64,000 bases of DNA from Antedon mediterranea (lineage: Eukaryota; Animalia; Echinodermata), in contig NC_092676.1 in the NCBI RefSeq assembly GCF_964355755.1, positions 15,208,871-15,272,870 on the forward strand, written 5' to 3'. A model generated the notes under the pieces. It saw only the letters and a program-made list of their open reading frames with translations. It searched no databases and was not told the DNA's origin. Made by a program: the position numbers and the translations under genes. Numbering within the stretch: position 1 is the stretch's first letter; every line of letters starts with the position of its first letter. Below are positions 53,351 through 64,000 of this stretch, one piece after another.

Positions 53351-55744
53351 TGGTTACGTCACCTTTCTACTGAAATACACCGACATTCAAAATCTTCAAG
53401 AATAATGATATTGATTTGTATTAAAATAATGGTATTAGATATTTAATTGTTTTTTTTTTAAATTGCTCTTCCGCCTACTTTATTGGAAATAGTCACACTA
53501 TACGCAATTTTAGTTAGTAGGCCTACGGTACCAGTAATAGACTACAGGGTTCATGTATATCACCTGGCGCCAGTTTCCTGACGGGAGGGGTCAACATTAT
53601 TTGACGGGAGAGAGAGGACGGACGGAGCAATACATGATAAGTGGTTGAATGAATCTGAAGAACTGCTAGCAGGGAGTTGTTTAACAACTCCCTGCTGCTA
53701 GTAATAGTGCTAACTAAAAAAAGATTTAAAAAATGAATAGATGGAGGGCGCACTGTGAGTCGTGTGGTGTACAATTCAAAAGTTTAGATAAAATTATTAC
53801 TATTAAATGTAATTTTTTCTAAGAAGGATTTTAAAGTTTTCTCCACCAATAGGACGCAGGAATGATAAACAAAATATTGAATGAATCCAATTTCCCCTAC
53901 CTTTCTTTTTTTAGTAATTTACGGCCTAAAACTCCTCTAGTAATTCAATCTCTAGCTCACAGTCCGGAGAGGTTGACCACTCTTCACACTTTGACGAATC
54001 TATATATAATAATAGTAATGAATGACACTAAAGTGTTAATGTTGAAATAATTTTCTCCATGGTCATTATATAGGCCTTACTTATTATAGTAAGTTAAAAA
54101 ACGTGACCCACACATCCCAATTTTTTGACATGAATATGAAGATGAAAATTTCCGATCATTGTTTGACCAAAGAACATATATTTAAAAAATAACGAAAAAT
54201 AATCAGCTGGCCATATGATGACATCACAAAAAATAAAATAATAGTTTTGTTAAATTTACATTTTCATCAAGAAGAAATAAATGAAATAATACGAACTTCT
54301 ATAAACAATAATATACAGAAGAGCAACCAACTGTAGGCCTACATCATATTTTCGGTTTCATTCTTCAAAAATGTTTCAATAAAAAATGACTTATTGTTTA
54401 TTGATTGTGTATGTTAACAGTATAAGAAACAATTCACATTACTCAGGAAGTTACATGCGAGAAAAGTGTAGGCCCTACTTGGAAAATATGTGGTCAAAAT
54501 TAATGAAATATTTTCCATTGTAACTTTCTGTATTTATAAAAATAAAGTCAGTCATAGACTTGGTCTTGTAAAAAATGTAAATGGATAATGTTTACTGCTG
54601 AGTTAGAAGTTTTAATCAATAGTGAAAATAATTAAAGAAATGAAATAAAGAAAAGGCAAATAAAATGTGATCAGATATGGACCGTAACAATTTAGCAAGG
54701 TATAAAATTATCGTTTATAAAATTGATATTTAGGTAAAGTAAAATATAACTATTTTCTGATTACATGAAAGAGATAAAAAGAGATAAAGATAAAACAAAA
54801 GAATTCTGTTCTAAATTATACGTATGTTGTCAAGGATTGAACGAACACTGGGCATAGTGCATCACTTGATGCACTAACTGTAATGTAAAAGTGTTTAAAA
54901 TAGAGGAAAATAATTTGTTTTTTCTTCTTTTCTTACTATTATATATGGTAGGTAGATATAAGATGTATTGAAACTTATTTAATGTCAGTTGTATTGTATT
55001 GTAATATTACATGAATCAAGTGCAATGCATTGTAAACGAACATTTTATTGATGAAGAAATAAAAGTGGGTCGAACCTACATAAGACAAAACAAAGAAACA
55101 ATTCGCGGTCTAGCCTTCCATGCAGCTTATTGTTATAGGATGGAAAAGAATTGTCATCAATAAAAAGAAAGCTTTTAAATATACGATAAGGAACGCATAT
55201 ATGTTCCGTGCCCAATATTGATAATTAGTTGATGAGACTGAAATTTGAAGCAAATATGGAAAATAAAATTGTGAACGTGTAATCAGGGAGGTGTAATATA
55301 TCAGATAAAATCCAAGACTACAAAAGATAATCTGAACAGAAATAATGAAAAGAAAACTGTGACTTTTAATCTTTGCCGTTGAATTTTATCAACGGGATTG
55401 GTGTCTGTTGTGATAATTTTTTGTTGTTGTAACTGTGACTGTTTTGTTTATTTTTACCATAGGCCTATTTCTGTCAAAGAAAACAATATTTCCATGTACA
55501 CATTTTTATATATGGAACAAATACAAATTAGATTTGATTTATATAACTTACTAGGGCGGATCCAGGGCCAGGGTTGGTGCGCGAGCTCCCATGCTGACAC
55601 TGTGACGTATTACAAACTCGACACGGACGTATTAAAGCAAAGCCATGCATTTTGATAGCTTTTACAAGAGTTTCGGATCAGTTTAACTCTGTTATGAACC
55701 TCAGTATGTGAATAAGGTTTGGCACAAATGATAACTGAGACTTA

Positions 55745-55918
55745 AGCTTGGTTTCCCCTAGAACGCAACGCAGCGACGTATTGACGCAAAGTTATGTATT
55801 GCGTAATCACAAGTGAGAACCGACGACGCAACAATGCTGCAAAAATCAAAAAGGTTTGATTTCACGCAGGCGGGGGCAAACACGTTGCGTAGGTTGCGTC
55901 GCTAGTGGGAACCAAGCT
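55745..55918. mobile_element. PIF/Harbinger MITE, copy 1
   Basis: TTA|AGCTTGGTTTCCCCTAG ... CTAGTGGGAACCAAGCT|TCA; ACGCAA subrepeats. Confidence 0.75.
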
Positions 55919-56045
55919 TCAGCAGAGGGAACTGAGACAACTATTAAAATAGGAAAATATTAGACTAGTTTTTAAATAATATGTCTCTGGAGGAAACGTC
56001 AATGTTGAGATTGAAAACGATACAATAACAAGAATAAATTAGTAA

Positions 56046-56183
56046 AGCGTGGTTCCCACTAGCGACGCAACGCAATGTAAGCAGATGCCCTTCTAATAAT
56101 TGTGTTTTCTCCCACTTGTGATCACGCAATGCAGCACTTTGCGTCGATACGTCGCTGCGTTGCGTTCTAGTGGGAACCACGCT
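56046..56183. mobile_element. PIF/Harbinger MITE, copy 2 (opposite orientation)
   Basis: TAA|AGCGTGGTTCCCACTAG ... CTAGTGGGAACCACGCT|TTA. Confidence 0.8.
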
Positions 56184-56293
56184 TTAAGCATAGTCAGTCT
56201 TGAGTTGAATTCTTATTTTTAAACAGTTTATTTATGAATTAAATGGCTAAATACCTATTATAGCCATAGAAAAATTAGTTACATTGATAATGC

Positions 56294-56333
56294 TACGTAC
56301 TGTATATATATATATATATATATACAGTACGTA
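56294..56333. repeat. 40-bp perfect palindrome around (TA)11
   Basis: TACGTACTG(TA)11CAGTACGTA. Confidence 0.9.
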
Positions 56334-57688
56334 CCAATATGTCCTATTGGTATATAAGCACTCTAGGCGTTGTTTACTGTTCTGATGATGAGAATAGTTT
56401 CTCGAAACATGTCACATTTACATTTTAAGGCAATTTGCCTTTTTATTAAATGCCTCGTTATAGTCATCCTAATTCGCAAGTTTGGTGGTATTATTCATGA
56501 TATATACAGTACAATTTAATCAATATTGAACTGTGGTTCACAATTAAAAACTTCAGCCATTCTACACAGCGAGTCCTTTTAAAATTATTTCCTCTATAAA
56601 ACCAAGGTGAACAGAGTTACAAAGCTACTTGGATGGCAATTCGCAACGCAACCTGTAGGCCTATGTGCTAGTAGACAGAATAATATTTGTCAAGTGAGTG
56701 TGAAAGGTAGATCCTTAACTTCTTCAATTTTCGCATTCACTTGCCTATTGTGCCTACAAAAAACCACAGGGGAACAACAGTATCTTGTCCCGAGTACAAG
56801 GAATCCTGAATCAACAGACACCTCCTGTACTGTGGTCTTGAGGGAGTGCCATCCTTCGTTTTCGAATGAAGACAAAAACAAGTTGGAAAAAGGCGAAGTT
56901 TGGTTACATCAGTTTTACACTTCCAAACTTGTGGTGTTAAACATGCCAGGGAGGAGGGGCAATGTCCGTCACAGAGTAAGTCCCTGTTCACATCTTAAGA
57001 AATATCGTAAAGAAAAACACAGAGCTAAAACAATTAATGGATGAAATGGTAATGAGACACGATCGACAAAAACAAAGAATAGAAAAAGTTCACACTGTTA
57101 CAGTTATTCTACATGCCATTTGACCACTGACACAAAAAGGTCACTATGGAAATTTGATTCAAGTCATCCTGTTAATCCGATTAAAGTTTATTCATCATAA
57201 AAATATATACATATGTTAAAATAAAAATGTCCCAAATATATATTTTGTACTAGCAACTAAACTAAATAAATTGAATTGTATTCATATTGCCCCAAAACAT
57301 AGACTAATTTTATTTTATGTTAGTCATTGTTCTTTGCTAGGTATTAAACCATACATTTTTTACGGAAATAAACGTTGCCGTATACTAATAAAAAAATGCA
57401 AAGGTCACATTCAACATAATTATATTTACAGTACATGTAAAAAATATTTGTTCAAACCGACATGATAAATTTAAATATTTAGTGTGGCTTATGCGATTAA
57501 TAATATATACCAATTATTCAACAACTATTCTTAGCATACCATGTAAGTTGGTGGGGATGAAGGGGTCCTGAAAAAAATTACAACATAGTTTCTTTGGGGT
57601 TGAAAGTGTACATACAGTATCTCATTCCGTTTGGGGATAACGTAAACATTTTTAAAACATGGGACACGGGAAAAAAGTTTTTAAAATG

Positions 57689-58080
57689 TTACATATCTAA
57701 TGCTAGAAAATTATATGCATCTATGTCTATTTGATTTTCACAACACTTTTTTGCAAGTTCTCTAACAGTTGCCTTATTTCCATTGCGTTTTTTCCATACC
57801 AACAAACATTTGAATATCGGTTCATGTACTATCATGTTAGAATCTCCAGTAGCCTGGTACATATCCACGTCTGTTAATCCAAGATTTCGAATGAAACTTC
57901 TCCAATTGGAACCCAATTTACCAGCGAATGTGTTTAGTTGGTGTTCAGTAACTCTTGTGAGAGGAAATCTGTTTAAGTCATTGTTACCAAATTGATGAAC
58001 AGATCTTTCTCTTTCTGGATTCTCTGTTTTTTGGTAGTAGGGTTGTTCTTGGGTTGAAGCATCTACATCATCGTTTGGAA
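57689..58080 (-). CDS. Last exon of a death-domain protein (upstream exons unclear or outside the window; possibly pseudogenised)
   Basis: Acceptor TTCATAG, phase 1, about 130 open codons: VTEHQLNTFAGKLGSNWRSFIRNLGLTDVDM...IFKCLLVWKKRNGNKATVRELAKKC is a death-domain pattern. Confidence 0.75.
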
Positions 58081-58666
58081 CTATGAATAAAACAGACTGG
58101 CTATGTTAAATAACCAAATATTATTGCATAACACATTTTTAAAATTATTAATAAATAAAAAACCAAGTTATCATTTGCAGTTCTATGGTTCCTTCTCTGT
58201 TTTATGAAACATTTGAATGTACCTACAATAATGATTGGAGACATTTCGATTTTTTTAAAATGATTTGCACATCAATTGCCAAAGGTTCAGTGAATGTGTT
58301 CAGTGGCATTTTGTCATTTGCTATACAGGGAGAGGTATGACGTCGTGAAACTGAAAAAATTACCACAATTATGGCGGAGAATAATTTTGTGATGATTTTT
58401 TGGAGATTGTTAAAAGTATTAAAATTAATTTTACAGTGAATTATTATTATTATATGTGGAATATTTAATAAAGATTTTAATAATATAGCTTAGGGTCTAG
58501 GTCATTTTATGATCTAGCTAGGACTAAACTACCAACACTCTGCCTACTGTATATATAGAATGGTCTAAGCCCATGTACTTGTCATTACGTCATACATTCA
58601 CTGGCTTGTTACCATGAATATCCACTCCAATTAAAACATTCATATACAGTACATGTGGATGGGTAC

Positions 58667-61600
58667 TGTCGTAAGGTAGTTTCCCGATTAATCGTACGAT
58701 CAAACGGTACTGGGTATGATCAACTAGCGTTCGTGTTCCCACCTAATCATCCATTCATAGAAGTACTGATGAAGATATCAATCTGTGGCGACAATAGAAT
58801 GGACCCGAGACCTGGCTATCTTCGACTTTTAAATAATAGAAAGTTTAGAAAAATGTTTTTGTTAGACTAGAAATGTACGTTGTATGTATATAGAAAAATG
58901 GTTGTAGTTTTCAAAATTACGTTGTATAAGTTGCGATGTGAAAAACTGTTATTTGATCGTTAGTTGTCGTGTACATGAAGCAAAAATATAAATATAATAA
59001 AATAAAATAAAATAAAAAACGTTAGTAAAACTTTTAAAAAGAGTAAAGATATAAGGAAGAAAAGCAAAGAGATCATGGAGCGGCTGTACCAGAATATACA
59101 ACACTAAGTATTGTAAAGTTAAAAACTAAAAATTTAGGCGATCTTGTCAAAGGTCAAGCGCCTTCAGCCTGCCACGTTTCGATATTCAATATTGAACTTG
59201 ACCTGACGTGGTTCCACAATATCTTTATATGAAAATGGTAGAATTTATAGAAAATAATTAATTCAAAATTTACCTAAAAATGGTTTTGAACTGAATCGAT
59301 GGATGTCTTGTCGTTGTATGGTTTTGGTTTGGTTTAAAAGTATGTTCGATAAAGTGCGTGAGCGTATTAGAATGAAATGCTAGCGTATACAATGTGCGCG
59401 ATGTCAAATTGTGTACTGTGTGTGATACATGTAAGATTATAAGTGTATCGTACATTGTAGTAGAGTGAAAATAACATAGGTATAAAGGTAGGATATAAAT
59501 AAGTAGTATAGGATGTATAGAAAAAGGAATGGGTTGTTAGTTACAGGAAAGATTTTGAATGTGAGGAATGACTATGATGGTTAACTCCCACTAGAGATCT
59601 ATGTCGGCACCTAGGCCTGTATAATGTCGTAAGGTAGTTTCCCGATTAATCGTACGATCAAACGGTACTGGGTATGATCAACTAGCGTTCGTGTTCCCAC
59701 CTAATCATCCATTCATAGAAGTACTGATGAAGATATCAATCTGTGGCGACAATAGAATGGACCCGAGACCTGGCTATCTTCGACTTTTAAATAATAGAAA
59801 GTTTAGAAAAATGTTTTTGTTAGACTAGAAATGTACGTTGTATGTATATAGAAAAATGGTTGTAGTTTTCAAAATTACGTTGTATAAGTTGCGATGTGAA
59901 AAACTGTTATTTGATCGTTAGTTGTCGTGTACATGAAGCAAAAATATAAATATAATAAAATAAAATAAAATAAAAAACGTTAGTAAAACTTTTAAAAAGA
60001 GTAAAGATATAAGGAAGAAAAGCAAAGAGATCATGGAGCGGCTGTACCAGAATATACAACACTAAGTATTGTAAAGTTAAAAACTAAAAATTTAGGCGAT
60101 CTTGTCAAAGGTCAAGCGCCTTCAGCCTGCCACGTTTCGATATTCAATATTGAACTTGACCTGACGTGGTTCCACAATATCTTTATATGAAAATGGTAGA
60201 ATTTATAGAAAATAATTAATTCAAAATTTACCTAAAAATGGTTTTGAACTGAATCGATGGATGTCTTGTCGTTGTATGGTTTTGGTTTGGTTTAAAAGTA
60301 TGTTCGATAAAGTGCGTGAGCGTATTAGAATGAAATGCTAGCGTATACAATGTGCGCGATGTCAAATTGTGTACTGTGTGTGATACATGTAAGATTATAA
60401 GTGTATCGTACATTGTAGTAGAGTGAAAATAACATAGGTATAAAGGTAGGATATAAATAAGTAGTATAGGATGTATAGAAAAAGGAATGGGTTGTTAGTT
60501 ACAGGAAAGATTTTGAATGTGAGGAATGACTATGATGGTTAACTCCCACTAGAGATCTATGTCGGCACCTAGGCCTGTATAATGTCGTAAGGTAGTTTCC
60601 CGATTAATCGTACGATCAAACGGTACTGGGTATGATCAACTAGCGTTCGTGTTCCCACCTAATCATCCATTCATAGAAGTACTGATGAAGATATCAATCT
60701 GTGGCGACAATAGAATGGACCCGAGACCTGGCTATCTTCGACTTTTAAATAATAGAAAGTTTAGAAAAATGTTTTTGTTAGACTAGAAATGTACGTTGTA
60801 TGTATATAGAAAAATGGTTGTAGTTTTCAAAATTACGTTGATCATACCCAGTACCGTTTGATCGTACGATTAATCGGGAAACTACCTTACGACATTATAC
60901 AGGCCTAGGTGCCGACATAGATCTCTAGTGGGAGTTAACCATCATAGTCATTCCTCACATTCAAAATCTTTCCTGTAACTAACAACCCATTCCTTTTTCT
61001 ATACATCCTATACTACTTATTTATATCCTACCTTTATACCTATGTTATTTTCACTCTACTACAATGTACGATACACTTATAATCTTACATGTATCACACA
61101 CAGTACACAATTTGACATCGCGCACATTGTATACGCTAGCATTTCATTCTAATACGCTCACGCACTTTATCGAACATACTTTTAAACCAAACCAAAACCA
61201 TACAACGACAAGACATCCATCGATTCAGTTCAAAACCATTTTTAGGTAAATTTTGAATTAATTATTTTCTATAAATTCTACCATTTTCATATAAAGATAT
61301 TGTGGAACCACGTCAGGTCAAGTTCAATATTGAATATCGAAACGTGGCAGGCTGAAGGCGCTTGACCTTTGACAAGATCGCCTAAATTTTTAGTTTTTAA
61401 CTTTACAATACTTAGTGTTGTATATTCTGGTACAGCCGCTCCATGATCTCTTTGCTTTTCTTCCTTATATCTTTACTCTTTTTAAAAGTTTTACTAACGA
61501 TTTTTATTTTATTTTATTTTATTATATTTATATTTTTGCTTCATGTACACGACAACTAACGATCAAATAACAGTTTTTCACATCGCAACTTATACAACGT

Positions 61601-63768
61601 AATTTTGAAAACTACAACCATTTTTCTATATACATACAACGTACATTTCTAGTCTAACAAAAACATTTTTCTAAACTTTCTATTATTTAAAAGTCGAAGA
61701 TAGCCAGGTCTCGGGTCCATTCTATTGTCGCCACAGATTGATATCTTCATCAGTACTTCTATGAATGGATGATTAGGTGGGAACACGAACGCTAGTTGAT
61801 CATACCCAGTACCGTTTGATCGTACGATTAATCGGGAAACTACCTTACGACATTATACAGGCCTAGGTGCCGACATAGATCTCTAGTGGGAGTTAACCAT
61901 CATAGTCATTCCTCACATTCAAAATCTTTCCTGTAACTAACAACCCATTCCTTTTTCTATACATCCTATACTACTTATTTATATCCTACCTTTATACCTA
62001 TGTTATTTTCACTCTACTACAATGTACGATACACTTATAATCTTACATGTATCACACACAGTACACAATTTGACATCGCGCACATTGTATACGCTAGCAT
62101 TTCATTCTAATACGCTCACGCACTTTATCGAACATACTTTTAAACCAAACCAAAACCATACAACGACAAGACATCCATCGATTCAGTTCAAAACCATTTT
62201 TAGGTAAATTTTGAATTAATTATTTTCTATAAATTCTACCATTTTCATATAAAGATATTGTGGAACCACGTCAGGTCAAGTTCAATATTGAATATCGAAA
62301 CGTGGCAGGCTGAAGGCGCTTGACCTTTGACAAGATCGCCTAAATTTTTAGTTTTTAACTTTACAATACTTAGTGTTGTATATTCTGGTACAGCCGCTCC
62401 ATGATCTCTTTGCTTTTCTTCCTTATATCTTTACTCTTTTTAAAAGTTTTACTAACGATTTTTATTTTATTTTATTTTATTATATTTATATTTTTGCTTC
62501 ATGTACACGACAACTAACGATCAAATAACAGTTTTTCACATCGCAACTTATACAACGTAATTTTGAAAACTACAACCATTTTTCTATATACATACAACGT
62601 ACATTTCTAGTCTAACAAAAACATTTTTCTAAACTTTCTATTATTTAAAAGTCGAAGATAGCCAGGTCTCGGGTCCATTCTATTGTCGCCACAGATTGAT
62701 ATCTTCATCAGTACTTCTATGAATGGATGATTAGGTGGGAACACGAACGCTAGTTGATCATACCCAGTACCGTTTGATCGTACGATTAATCGGGAAACTA
62801 CCTTACGACATTATACAGGCCTAGGTGCCGACATAGATCTCTAGTGGGAGTTAACCATCATAGTCATTCCTCACATTCAAAATCTTTCCTGTAACTAACA
62901 ACCCATTCCTTTTTCTATACATCCTATACTACTTATTTATATCCTACCTTTATACCTATGTTATTTTCACTCTACTACAATGTACGATACACTTATAATC
63001 TTACATGTATCACACACAGTACACAATTTGACATCGCGCACATTGTATACGCTAGCATTTCATTCTAATACGCTCACGCACTTTATCGAACATACTTTTA
63101 AACCAAACCAAAACCATACAACGACAAGACATCCATCGATTCAGTTCAAAACCATTTTTAGGTAAATTTTGAATTAATTATTTTCTATAAATTCTACCAT
63201 TTTCATATAAAGATATTGTGGAACCACGTCAGGTCAAGTTCAATATTGAATATCGAAACGTGGCAGGCTGGAGGCGCTTGACCTTTGACAAGATCGCCTA
63301 AATTTTTAGTTTTTAACTTTACAATACTTAGTGTTGTATATTCTGGTACAGCCGCTCTATGATCTCTTTGCTTTTCTTCCTTATATCTTTACTCTTTTTA
63401 AAAGTTTTACTAACGATTTTTATTTTATTTTATTTTATTATATTTATATTTTTGCTTCATGTACACGACAACTAACGATCAAATAACAGTTTTTCACATC
63501 GCAACTTATACAACGTAATTTTGAAAACTACAACCATTTTTCTATATACATACAACGTACATTTCTAGTCTAACAAAAACATTTTTCTAAACTTTCTATT
63601 ATTTAAAAGTCGAAGATAGCCAGGTCTCGGGTCCATTCTATTGTCGCCACAGATTGATATCTTCATCAGTACTTCTATGAATGGATGATTAGGTGGGAAC
63701 ACGAACGCTAGTTGATCATACCCAGTACCGTTTGATCGTACGATTATTCGGGAAACTACCTTACGACA
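58667..63768. mobile_element. 5.1-kb inverted tandem array of a 958-bp unit with TGT...ACA termini
   Basis: Forward units 58667-59624, 59625-60582, partial 60583-60840; reversed 58-bp piece 60837-60894, reversed units 60895-61852, 61853-62810, 62811-63768. Copies are almost identical. Confidence 0.9.
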
Positions 63769-64000
63769 GTTTTAATAAAGTCACTTCCGCAGAAAAAAAA
63801 TTTTAAAAGATATTTTCACTTAAAAAAAAGACAAAATACCATACCAACCAAAAACACATTGACTTCCGTCAATTTGACTATTGTATTTTTGTTTTAAATT
63901 ACAGTTTTTTCAGGTGAATGTTATTGTTACATAAAAGCGGCATATTCAACAAAAACATTTAAAAAAATTTTACATTTTTTGCTGGATAAATATTTTAAAT

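Noticed and set aside
59270-63165. Five identical 61-aa ORFs (MYDTLIILHV...)
   Set aside because: By-product of the 958-bp unit; short, with no recognisable domain.
58660-63775. Target-site duplication or intact LTR retrotransposon for the 5.1-kb array
   Set aside because: The flanks share only GT, the outer repeats are inverted rather than direct, and there is no gag/pol sequence.

Overview
AT-rich eukaryotic (invertebrate animal) genomic DNA. I cannot assign the species; the repeat content suggests an invertebrate deuterostome such as an echinoderm. Most of the window is one complete minus-strand gene that I could splice by hand into 35 GT-AG exons with consistent phases (CDS 53002->9521, about 1830 aa). 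It encodes a signal peptide, 8 LDLa repeats, 2 EGF repeats, 4 x (YWTD propeller + EGF), a TM helix and a short tail, i.e. an LRP4 orthologue. To its left are a frameshifted Gypsy integrase relic, several MITEs, and a single-coding-exon gene for a SAP-domain + Cys-rich protein followed by a patterned 1.4-kb minisatellite. The LRP4 introns carry several non-autonomous TIR elements with readable target-site duplications. To its right are the last exon of a death-domain gene and the most unusual structure in the window: a 5.1-kb element (58667-63768) made only of near-identical 958-bp units. These form two inverted tandem arms joined at a 4-bp microhomology, and both outer ends stop at the same TGT...ACA nucleotide with no TSD. 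The palindrome TAGGCCTA is strongly over-represented and may be a transposon excision scar. All coordinates were read by eye and may be off by a few bases.
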